This document shows positions 1 to 6,837 of a stretch of DNA of 11,120 bases, one piece after another (position 1 is the stretch's first letter; each line of letters starts with the position of its first letter). The translations under genes and the position numbers were made by a program. The stretch is from an uncultured Lachnospiraceae bacterium (lineage in GTDB: Bacteria; Bacillota; Clostridia; Lachnospirales; Lachnospiraceae). Location: positions 274,906-286,025 of the forward strand of contig CARHSH010000001.1 of the NCBI GenBank assembly GCA_948989975.1. The letters run 5' to 3'. The notes beneath the pieces were generated by a model. The model was not told where the DNA came from. It made no database searches and saw only the letters and a list, made by a program, of their open reading frames with translations.

Positions 1-1
1 G

Positions 2-1114
2 GAAAGCCCATACCGCAGTTACTTTGGGTTTAAGGATCAGGAAGACAGCGCGTGGCCGGATAATAAAAACTATGAAGGATGGTGGGGGCATGACACGCTT
101 CCGAAGTTAAACTTTGAGGGTTCGAAAGAGCTGTATGACGACATTTTGCGCATTGGCAAAAAATGGGTGTCAGAGCCATATTGCGTAGACGGATGGCGGC
201 TGGACGTAGCGGAGGATTTAGGGCACAGTAAAGAATTTAACCACCAGTTCTGGAGGGACTTTAGGAAAGCGGTAAAAGAAGCGAACCCAAATGCCATAAT
301 CTTGGCGGAACACTATGGAGACCCGAAAGACTGGCTGATGGGCGATCAGTGGGATACAATTATGAACTATTCCGCTTTTATGGAGCCTTTGACATGGTTT
401 TTAACCGGAATGGAGAAGCATAGCGACGAATACCACCCAGAACGCATTGGCAAAATCAGTGATTTTGAAGGCGCGATGCGCCATTATATGGCAAGTTTTC
501 TGACGCCTTCCCTGCTTTGTTCCATGAACCAGTTGTCAAACCATGACCATTCGCGGTTTTTGACGAGGACAAACCATAAGGCGGGACGTGTGGAATATTT
601 AGGCGCGGGGGCGGCAAGCGAGGGCATAGAGTACAGCGCGATGCGGGAAGCGGTTGTGATGCAGATGACATGGCCGGGCGCGCCGACGCTTTATTATGGA
701 GATGAAGCCGGATTATGTGGATTTACGGATCCAGACAACCGCAGGACATATCCGTGGGGGAATGAAAATCAGGATTTAATTGATTTGCATCGGGAATTAA
801 TCCGTATCCATAAAAATAACGAGGCATTGCGGACAGGCTCTTTTCAATTCTTAAATAGTGAAGACAAACTTTTATGTTATGCGAGATTTACGATTGACCA
901 GCAGTTTGTGATTCTGATTAACCATGATGACAGGGAAAGGGACTTAGAGGTTTTCACGGTAAAAGCTGGGATTCCAAGAACGGCAACGCTGTGTCAGGTT
1001 TTTGTGACTACGGAAAACGGATATTCCCTGATGCCGATCCGGCATCGTGTGGAAAAAGGCAGACTTTCGATTACAATGCAAAAAAAATCAGCGGTGATTT
1101 TAGAAAGAATATAG
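2..1114 (+). CDS. Glycoside hydrolase family 13 enzyme, C-terminal part (neopullulanase/cyclomaltodextrinase/alpha-glucosidase-like); 5' end lies outside the window
   Basis: The frame of ORF 146..1114 stays open back to position 2 (translation ESPYRSYFGFKDQEDSAWPDNKNYEGWWGHDTLPKLNFEGS...), so the track's ATG at 146 is not the real start. GH13 conserved regions are visible: region II DGWRLDVAEDL (catalytic Asp), region III AIILAEHYGD (catalytic Glu), region IV LSNHDHSRF, and YYGDEAGLCGFTDPDNRRTYPWG typical of the neopullulanase subgroup. A C-terminal beta domain follows. Stop TAG at 1112-1114. Confidence 0.85.
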   Translation, partial: ESPYRSYFGFKDQEDSAWPDNKNYEGWWGHDTLPKLNFEGSKELYDDILRIGKKWVSEPYCVDGWRLDVAEDLGHSKEFNHQFWRDFRKAVKEANPNAIILAEHYGDPKDWLMGDQWDTIMNYSAFMEPLTWFLTGMEKHSDEYHPERIGKISDFEGAMRHYMASFLTPSLLCSMNQLSNHDHSRFLTRTNHKAGRVEYLGAGAASEGIEYSAMREAVVMQMTWPGAPTLYYGDEAGLCGFTDPDNRRTYPWGNENQDLIDLHRELIRIHKNNEALRTGSFQFLNSEDKLLCYARFTIDQQFVILINHDDRERDLEVFTVKAGIPRTATLCQVFVTTENGYSLMPIRHRVEKGRLSITMQKKSAVILERI

Positions 1115-1184
1115 GCGGACGGTCTTTTCCGTCAGCATTGGTTAGACGCGTGAATGGAAGATGAAAAAGGATTGTGGCATGTTT

Positions 1185-1227
1185 ATAAAAAAAAGCGCTT
1201 GAAAAAGAAAAGCGTTTGTGATATAAT
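1185..1227 (+). promoter_or_regulatory. Consensus sigma-A type promoter for the tRNA mini-operon, with upstream A-tract (UP-element-like)
   Basis: -35 TTGAAA (1199-1204), 17-nt spacer, TGa at 1219-1221 (extended -10), then -10 TATAAT (1222-1227). A-tract ataaaaaaaag lies at 1185-1196. Predicted TSS ~1234, about 30 nt before the tRNA-Tyr 5' end. Confidence 0.7.
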
Positions 1228-1263
1228 AAATAAATGGTAGGGCATTTTTGGATGCTTTTCTAT

Positions 1264-1345
1264 GGGCAGATTCCCGAGTGGCCAAAGGGGACAGACTGTA
1301 AATCTGCTGCAAATTGCTTCGGTGGTTCGAATCCACCTCTGCCCA
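1264..1345 (+). tRNA. tRNA-Tyr: tRNA-Tyr (anticodon GTA), class II with long variable arm; CCA not encoded
   Basis: Manual fold: acceptor GGGCAGA/TCTGCCC (7 bp), D-arm CCC-GAGTGGCCAAA-GGG, anticodon stem ACAGA/TCTGC with loop CTGTAAA (U33, GTA, A37), variable arm TGCAAATTGCTTC, T-arm GGTGG-TTCGAAT-CCACC, discriminator A1345. Closely resembles Bacillus tRNA-Tyr. Confidence 0.9.
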
Positions 1346-1377
1346 TTTGAGATTTTTATTGTATCATTGTTTGATTT

Positions 1378-1461
1378 GCCCGCGTGGCGGAACTGGCAGA
1401 CGCGCAGGACTTAAAATCCTGTTGTAGCGATACAGTACCGGTTCGATTCCGGTCGCGGGCA
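1378..1461 (+). tRNA. tRNA-Leu: tRNA-Leu (anticodon TAA), class II with long variable arm; CCA not encoded
   Basis: Acceptor GCCCGCG/CGCGGGC, D-region GGCGGAACTGGCAGACGCGC, anticodon stem-loop AGGACTTAAAATCCT (TAA), long variable arm, T-arm CCGGTTCGATTCCGG, discriminator A1461. Nearly identical in architecture to Bacillus tRNA-Leu(UAA). Confidence 0.9.
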
Positions 1462-1475
1462 TTTTATATTTAGAA

Positions 1476-1503
1476 AGCGGCGTTTTTACGCCGCTTTTTT
1501 TGT
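1476..1503 (+). terminator. Rho-independent terminator of the tRNA operon
   Basis: Stem AGCGGCGT (1476-1483), loop TTTT, stem ACGCCGCT (1488-1495), followed by a T-run of 8 (1496-1503). Confidence 0.8.
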
Positions 1504-1531
1504 TTTAAATTAATACAATTTTAGAAAAATG

Positions 1532-1560
1532 TTTTTTTCTTTGGAAGATTATGTTAAAAT
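1532..1560 (+). promoter_or_regulatory. Candidate promoter for the large protease gene (extended -10 type, weak -35)
   Basis: TGtTAAAAT at 1552-1560 (extended -10) with a poor T-rich -35 around 1532-1537. An AT-rich region lies 45-75 nt upstream of the ATG at 1606. RBS AAAGGAAAGAG lies 6-8 nt before the ATG. Confidence 0.3.
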
Positions 1561-1605
1561 ATATGACGCAAAATATGAAATATATTGTAGAGAAAGGAAA
1601 GAGAC

Positions 1606-4600
1606 ATGAAAAGAATGGTGGCAATGCTGCTTGCCGGATGTCTGGCATTTCAGACATGGATAGGCAATGCAAAACCGGTGTTTGGGGCGCAGACTGCATC
1701 TGGGTCAGTGGATTTTGGCGAAGCGCAGGCTGCATCTGAGTCAGTGGATTCAGGCAAAGCGCAGAGCGTTCTGGAAGTAGGGGTGCGTTCTTCCGCTCAA
1801 TTCCCATTTCAGGGTGACGTAACCGTACAAATCGGACGTGGCAGCGAAGTAGTGGAATCAAAGGATTTAAAATTTGAGGGTTCTAAGGCTTCCTTTGCAG
1901 CGGCAAGGTTTGAAGTGTCAGAAGGGGATTACACAGTTACTGTGAAGTCAGTCCAATTTGCGGACTATACGCAGGATGTGAAAGCGCAAAATGGCTGGAA
2001 AACCAAGATTTTAATTTCTCCATCAAGAATTGAGACGGGCAATGAAGCGGCTCCGGGCTGGATTCGGGTCGGCGACGTCAATCAAGATGGAGTAATTGAC
2101 CAAACGGACATTGACGGCATGATGTCGAAAATCCGTGAAGGCTCTATGGAAGCTGCCTTTGATCTCAATCAAGATGGGAAAGTGGATATGGCAGATTTGC
2201 AGTATATTGTGCAAAGCATAGATGAACATAGGGAGTCCACAGTGGAGAAGCTTGGCATAGTCCAAACGATCCAACAGGCTGAGGGCGCGACTATGGAAGG
2301 AAACGTCAACGACTTTTTAAATGGAACAGGCGCGCTGAAATTAAAGCCTGAAAATGCAAATGCGCAGATTTCAGCGGAAAATCCTGTTGGGATCAACTTT
2401 ACATTAGTGGAAGATACAAAAAAAGCGGTAGAGATTCAAGGAATTGTCGTTCATGCTCCGGTAACAGATGAACAGGGCGTCATTTCCAATGAAATAACGG
2501 AAGGGGAAGTGATTTATACAGACGCGGAAGGAAAAGAAACGTCGGTTCCGTTTTCTGCCGCGGCAAAGCCAAAGCAAAAGAAGAACAGGGCGCTATTTGC
2601 TGCAAATGCGTCAAACCGCGCGGCGTCTATTTCGGCAGACGTCGAGGCTGACGGTTCGCTGGTGTTAGATTTTGGAGGGCAGATTGCAGTAAAGCGGGTA
2701 ACGATAAAAATTACCGGCACCAAAAAGACAGAGCCTTTGGTGAATATTGCAAAGGTTGATTTTGTCAACGATATGGAAAATAGGATACCGGCGCCGCAGA
2801 TGGACATTCCGACGCTTGGAGTTCCACAATCCGTAGATAAAGGATTGATTGTATCTTGGAACCCGCAGAAAAATGTGACGGGGTATGAGGTATATATTTC
2901 AGGTCCTGTGAAAAACCAAGAAGAACACGAAACACAGATTGTGCGCGTGTCAAATATTACGCATACAATATCATCTATCAATGACAAACCGCTTTTAAAC
3001 TTTGAAAAATATAAAATAAAAGCGCGTTCTGTCAATGGAGACTGGAGCAGTCCATGGTCAAATGAAGTAATCGGAGAGCCGAAGCCGACGAAACTTCCGG
3101 CGGCGCCTGATAATGTATCTGCGACAGGCGGGTACCGGACGATAGAAGTGTCATGGAAAGACATGGACGACGCAAACGGATACATGGTTTATTATAAAAA
3201 GACAAAAGATGCGGATACAGAGTACCGTCCGGTGATCGAAGGATTTACACAGGTAAAAGAAGGGACCGGAAAAATAAACGCAACGCATTATGTCATTGCA
3301 GGCTTAGAGGACGAAGTGGAATATTCCGTCTATGTCGTAGGCTGGAATGACCTTGGCTGGGGCAGCCCGTCACTGTCAGCATCCGCGCTTACGAAGTTAA
3401 ATGTCCCGCCACAGCTTCCGAATTATAAACTGTTGAATACTTCAAATGGAGAAGGGGCAGTCAGCGCCCATATCACAGCAGCGTCATATGGCGGGCATGG
3501 CGGCGCAAAGATGGTAGGCAGCGCGTTAGATACAGCGGAAAAAAGCGCGCTTGGCTTAGTGGATAATAACTTTGGATCTTATTGGGAAAAAACAGACTGG
3601 GACGATGGCGTGGCTTATCCGGCAGACAATAAGGGATTTACAGTGACGCTGGATCAGGATTACCAGATGAATTTTATCACATTTGCATCCGCGGACGAAA
3701 AAGCAGCGCTTCAATATGCGCGGATTGGGTATTGGAATACAGCGTCTACAGAAAAACAGAACGTGGGCGCGCGTCTGTATAGAAAACTTGACTCAAGGAA
3801 CAATCCATACTATATTATTAAGCTTGATCAGGCAATCACTGCAAATAAAGTAAATATTTGTCTGGGACGTGACAGTGTTAGGGCATCTATGATGGTAGGT
3901 GAAATCCATTTCCATTATTATGATTCGCTGGAAGATGACATTATGGGCTTATATACAGACGAAATGCACGCTACACTGCGGGCAGACGTAACGGAAAGCG
4001 TCATTCAGGCATTAGAAGCCCGTTTAGAGCTTGTAGACGAGGCAAGCGGTGAAAAACATCCGCTTTACAATGAACTGACTTTAGAATTAAAGACAGCAAG
4101 AGAGATTTTAAATTCAAATCTGGCTTGCGCTTATGAAGTGGAAAACCAGATTACGGGAAGCAAAGACGGGCATCTTGGATTTGGCGGTTTAAATTCATGG
4201 CAGCCGGTTGGGAAAACAGTATATGCCGGTGAAAGTCTGCTTGTTTATGTCGGGCATAATACAAAGAGAACCGGAGATAAAGCAAGCCTGCAACTTGTGT
4301 TTACGCAACAGCACGCAGAAGCGGCAACGCTTTCAAAAGCAGTCAGCTTAAAAGTGGGAAGAAATGAAATTACAGTTCCCCAGATTGTCAGCAAAGAATT
4401 TGAACGCGGCGGACAGTTATATGTAGCATATACTGGAAACAACGCAAACGATAAGTATGCAGTCCGTATAAGCGGCGGAAGCGATATTCCGGTCTTAAGC
4501 GTGTATGGAAAAACACAAGAAGAACGCATGGCGGCGATTTCCGCTTATGTAAAAGAGCTTGAGCAATATGTCGGAACGATTGAAGCGGGACATGCGGCAA

Positions 4601-6837
4601 AACATACAGGGACAAAAAATGTAGATTATCCGTATGACCAGCAAAACTGTATTTTAAATACAACAGATATTATGATGAGGGAAATGATGTATTCCGTACC
4701 TGCAACTCAGGTTTGGGCAGGCATCAAAAACGCAGAAGATAAAGCGGTAAAACTTGACCTTGCCCTAAAAGCAATGGAAAAAACTATGACGCTGTTTTAC
4801 CAGCATAAAGGATTAAGTGATAACGCGGGAACCGTAAGAGGAAATAACGCATGGCCGGCGCAGCACTTGAATATCCGTTATATGAGAATGTTTGCCGGAG
4901 CGTTTATGTATGCGTCAGGCAACCACATTGGCGTAGAATGGGGTTCCACATTATTAGCAAGCGCGCCAAACGACTGGTCAGGATTTGGCTGGGGCGTAGC
5001 GCATGAAATTGGGCATGACATCAATCAGGGCGCATATGCGGTTGCGGAAATCACAAACAATTACTTTGCGCAGCTATTGACAAAAGTTCCCGGAAAGACA
5101 AGATTCACATACAAAAATGTCTACGACAAAGTAACGTCAAATACAATCGGACGCTCTCCGAATGTAGCGACGCAGCTTGCATTGTACTGGCAGCTCCATA
5201 TTGCATATGACAATAATAAGGACGACAGACATATTTACGACAACTATGAAGATCAGTTCAATAACCTGTTCTTTGCAAGAGTGGACACTTATTCAAGGAA
5301 TCCAAAAATGGCTCCGCAGGAAGGATTAACGTTAGACGGAGGCTCAGAACAGAACATTATGCGTCTTGCATGCGCGGCGGCAAATAAAAATATTCTTCCT
5401 TTCTTTGTGCGCTGGGGTATGCAGCCAGATGAGAAAACAACTGCATATGCGGCAAAATATGGAGAGGCGGAAACGAAAGCGCTCTATTATGTCAATGACG
5501 ATGCAAGAGATTACCGCGTGGATCATCCAAATGAGGAAGGGACAATAAAAGATCAGGATGCCGTTACTGCAGCTACAGTAAATGCAGCCGGAAATCAGGC
5601 GGAAATCACGATTGCGACAGATCGCAGCGCAGAGCTTATGCTTGGCTATGAAATCAGCCGCAGTATGATTTCAAACGGTAAAAAATCCACTCAGGTAATT
5701 GGGTTTGCGCCGATTGACACAGCGGACTCTACCGTTTTTGTAGACTCCATTTCATCAATTAACAATCGGGTAATGGAATATGAAGTCCGCGCAGTGGATA
5801 AATACTTGAATTATTCCAATGTAAAAACGGCTGGTTCAGTAAAGATTCAGACAGACGGCGTATTAAATAAATCTGAATGGACAGTGGAGACAACAATGAC
5901 TTCGGCTGACGATACTGTAATCGAGCCGGACGGAGAAGATCCGGACAGCGGATATGAAGCGGAAGATCCGGCAGGCGTAGAAGCGAAAAAGGTCAACAGC
6001 ATTACAAGGATTTTAGACAATGACAGGACAGCGGCTGGAACTTATAACGGAGTAAGCGGCGGCGCCGCGTCAATTACCATAGATATGCGTAAGACAGAAG
6101 AAGTGACGGCATTAAAATATCAGGGTTCTGCAGTTGCTTCGGCGGCAGTTGAAGTCAGCCCAGATGGTGAGAATTGGACAAAAGTGAAAGAGAACGTTTC
6201 TCTTGCCGCAAATGCAGAGCAGACGGTATGGTTTGATTCCGTCAATGAAGAAGACCGCAAGAACTGGATTGGCACTTACGATGCGAAATATGTAAGGCTG
6301 ACGCTGTCGCAGGCAGGCAGTATTTCCATTCAGGAAATCGAAATCTGCGGCCCGACAGGGGATAATTTGGAATTTATGGCAACGGAAGAAGGCCAGCCGG
6401 CAATCGGCGTATTGAAGGAAGACTTTACATATGGCGAAGAAGCGGCGGACGTAATTCCGGCAGGCTCATTAATCTTTACCGGGACATATAAAGGAAATCC
6501 GGCATATAATATAGTTGCGCTCTATGATGCAAATGGCAATGTAATCGGGGAAAAAGATGGAAATGTCTCTGCGGAACAAATAATTTTGGCGGACGTTCCG
6601 GAACAAGGAAATCTGGGTGAAACCTCAGACGGAACTTGGGTATATTATGTAAGGCCGGATCAGTGGAATTTAGAAGCGATAAGGAACACAGGCTTCGTGC
6701 GTGGAGAATTATACCGTGTAGACAATGCCCTGACGTTAGAGGGCGAGCGTATTGTCAGTGATACAAAACTGCTTGAGATTCCTCAGGAATTGCCGGATAT
6801 TACGCTTCAAGGAGGTAAGTATGAAAAATTGGATTAA
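1606..6837 (+). CDS. Large secreted multi-modular zinc metallopeptidase (1743 aa): signal peptide, dockerin, 2x FN3, F5/8 type C (CBM32-like), M60-like/enhancin-type HEXXH catalytic region, second F5/8 type C, C-terminal beta domain; likely mucin/glycoprotein-targeting
   Basis: N-terminal MKRMVAMLLAGCLAFQTWIGNA|KP signal peptide. Two calcium-binding segments GDVNQDGVIDQTDIDGMM and FDLNQDGKVDMADLQYIVQSI form a type-I dockerin. FN3 signatures LIVSWNPQKNVTGYEVYISG and IEVSWKDMDDANGYMVYYKK are present. Discoidin-like segment SALGLVDNNFGSYWEKTDW...GEIHFHYY. Zinc motif GVAHEIGHDINQG (HEIGH at nt 5002-5016) with a downstream Glu (AVAEIT) fits a gluzincin. The HEXXH-plus-CBM32 context is characteristic of M60-like peptidases. 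A second discoidin-like segment ITRILDNDRTAAGTYNGVSGGAASITIDM...IQEIEICGP follows. TAA stop at 6835-6837. The protein call is high confidence; the M60 family assignment is moderate. Confidence 0.88.
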   Translation: MKRMVAMLLAGCLAFQTWIGNAKPVFGAQTASGSVDFGEAQAASESVDSGKAQSVLEVGVRSSAQFPFQGDVTVQIGRGSEVVESKDLKFEGSKASFAAARFEVSEGDYTVTVKSVQFADYTQDVKAQNGWKTKILISPSRIETGNEAAPGWIRVGDVNQDGVIDQTDIDGMMSKIREGSMEAAFDLNQDGKVDMADLQYIVQSIDEHRESTVEKLGIVQTIQQAEGATMEGNVNDFLNGTGALKLKPENANAQISAENPVGINFTLVEDTKKAVEIQGIVVHAPVTDEQGVISNEITEGEVIYTDAEGKETSVPFSAAAKPKQKKNRALFAANASNRAASISADVEADGSLVLDFGGQIAVKRVTIKITGTKKTEPLVNIAKVDFVNDMENRIPAPQMDIPTLGVPQSVDKGLIVSWNPQKNVTGYEVYISGPVKNQEEHETQIVRVSNITHTISSINDKPLLNFEKYKIKARSVNGDWSSPWSNEVIGEPKPTKLPAAPDNVSATGGYRTIEVSWKDMDDANGYMVYYKKTKDADTEYRPVIEGFTQVKEGTGKINATHYVIAGLEDEVEYSVYVVGWNDLGWGSPSLSASALTKLNVPPQLPNYKLLNTSNGEGAVSAHITAASYGGHGGAKMVGSALDTAEKSALGLVDNNFGSYWEKTDWDDGVAYPADNKGFTVTLDQDYQMNFITFASADEKAALQYARIGYWNTASTEKQNVGARLYRKLDSRNNPYYIIKLDQAITANKVNICLGRDSVRASMMVGEIHFHYYDSLEDDIMGLYTDEMHATLRADVTESVIQALEARLELVDEASGEKHPLYNELTLELKTAREILNSNLACAYEVENQITGSKDGHLGFGGLNSWQPVGKTVYAGESLLVYVGHNTKRTGDKASLQLVFTQQHAEAATLSKAVSLKVGRNEITVPQIVSKEFERGGQLYVAYTGNNANDKYAVRISGGSDIPVLSVYGKTQEERMAAISAYVKELEQYVGTIEAGHAAKHTGTKNVDYPYDQQNCILNTTDIMMREMMYSVPATQVWAGIKNAEDKAVKLDLALKAMEKTMTLFYQHKGLSDNAGTVRGNNAWPAQHLNIRYMRMFAGAFMYASGNHIGVEWGSTLLASAPNDWSGFGWGVAHEIGHDINQGAYAVAEITNNYFAQLLTKVPGKTRFTYKNVYDKVTSNTIGRSPNVATQLALYWQLHIAYDNNKDDRHIYDNYEDQFNNLFFARVDTYSRNPKMAPQEGLTLDGGSEQNIMRLACAAANKNILPFFVRWGMQPDEKTTAYAAKYGEAETKALYYVNDDARDYRVDHPNEEGTIKDQDAVTAATVNAAGNQAEITIATDRSAELMLGYEISRSMISNGKKSTQVIGFAPIDTADSTVFVDSISSINNRVMEYEVRAVDKYLNYSNVKTAGSVKIQTDGVLNKSEWTVETTMTSADDTVIEPDGEDPDSGYEAEDPAGVEAKKVNSITRILDNDRTAAGTYNGVSGGAASITIDMRKTEEVTALKYQGSAVASAAVEVSPDGENWTKVKENVSLAANAEQTVWFDSVNEEDRKNWIGTYDAKYVRLTLSQAGSISIQEIEICGPTGDNLEFMATEEGQPAIGVLKEDFTYGEEAADVIPAGSLIFTGTYKGNPAYNIVALYDANGNVIGEKDGNVSAEQIILADVPEQGNLGETSDGTWVYYVRPDQWNLEAIRNTGFVRGELYRVDNALTLEGERIVSDTKLLEIPQELPDITLQGGKYEKLD
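1687..1764 (+). repeat. Intragenic 36-bp tandem repeat (2.2 copies, ~85% identity) encoding AQ(T/A)AS(G/E)SVD(F/S)G(E/K) just after the signal peptide
   Basis: gcgcagactgcatctgggtcagtggattttggcgaa (1687-1722) is followed by gcgcaggctgcatctgagtcagtggattcaggcaaa (1723-1758) and then gcgcag (1759-1764). Confidence 0.8.
2071..2223 (+). other. Type-I dockerin module (duplicated DxNxDGxVDxxD Ca-binding loops plus helices) inside the large protease gene
   Basis: Translation GDVNQDGVIDQTDIDGMMSKIREGSMEAAFDLNQDGKVDMADLQYIVQSI is the canonical dockerin duplicated F-hand pattern. Confidence 0.8.
2806..3400 (+). other. Two tandem fibronectin type III modules within the protease
   Basis: W-x-P/K ... GY-x-VY core motifs and conserved aromatic/hydrophobic spacing (VSWNP...GYEVYI...YKIKARSVNGDWSSPWS; VSWKD...GYMVYY...YSVYVVGWNDLGWGSPS). 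Boundaries are approximate. Confidence 0.6.
3430..3921 (+). other. F5/8 type C (discoidin/CBM32-like) carbohydrate-binding module 1
   Basis: ALGLVDNNFGSYWEK...FTVTLDQDYQMNFITF...GEIHFHYY pattern (A-x-DG/N-x-x-T-x-W and a hydrophobic 'ItiDL' strand). Boundaries are approximate. Confidence 0.55.
4130..5530 (+). other. Putative M60-like (enhancin family) peptidase region including zinc-binding HEIGH (nt 5002-5016)
   Basis: HEXXH with a Glu 11 residues downstream. Flanked by CBM32-like modules, as in characterised M60-like mucin proteases. Extent of the catalytic region is approximate and based on absence of other recognisable modules. Confidence 0.5.
5985..6356 (+). other. F5/8 type C (discoidin/CBM32-like) module 2
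   Basis: VNSITRILDNDRTAAGTYNG...ASITIDMRKTEEVTALKYQG...YVRLTLSQAGSISIQEIEICGP. Boundaries are approximate. Confidence 0.5.

Noticed and set aside
146-146. ATG at 146 as the start of the GH13 gene
   Set aside because: The frame is open all the way to the window edge and upstream residues continue GH13 conserved sequence. The gene is simply 5'-truncated by the window.
70-671. Minus-strand ORFs 70-297 and 456-671 inside GH13
   Set aside because: Antisense to a conserved GH13 coding region. Spurious.
1118-1133. Hairpin GACGG-TCTTTT-CCGTC right after the GH13 stop
   Set aside because: Short 5-bp stem and no following U-run. It is not convincing as an intrinsic terminator, and the GH13 transcript probably ends elsewhere or at the tRNA region.
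1142-1336. Minus-strand ORF 1142-1336
   Set aside because: Overlaps the tRNA promoter and the tRNA-Tyr gene. Not coding.
1505-1861. ORFs 1505-1861 (-) and 1551-1739 (+) overlapping the protease promoter and start
   Set aside because: They overlap the signal-peptide-coding start of a strongly supported gene. No RBS or recognisable domains.
2514-3185. 223-aa antisense ORF (and other minus-strand ORFs 2023-2396, 2765-2953, 4245-4663, 5344-5526, plus + ORF 5366-5548) inside the protease gene
   Set aside because: They lie wholly inside a well-supported 1743-aa CDS, have low-complexity translations and no RBS. They are typical antisense artefacts of a long gene.
6752-6837. Track ORF start at 6752 / possible programmed frameshift fusing the protease and downstream ORF
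   Set aside because: A perfect AGGAGG RBS plus ATG 6821 followed by a canonical signal peptide argues for an independent, translationally coupled gene. No slippery heptamer was noticed.
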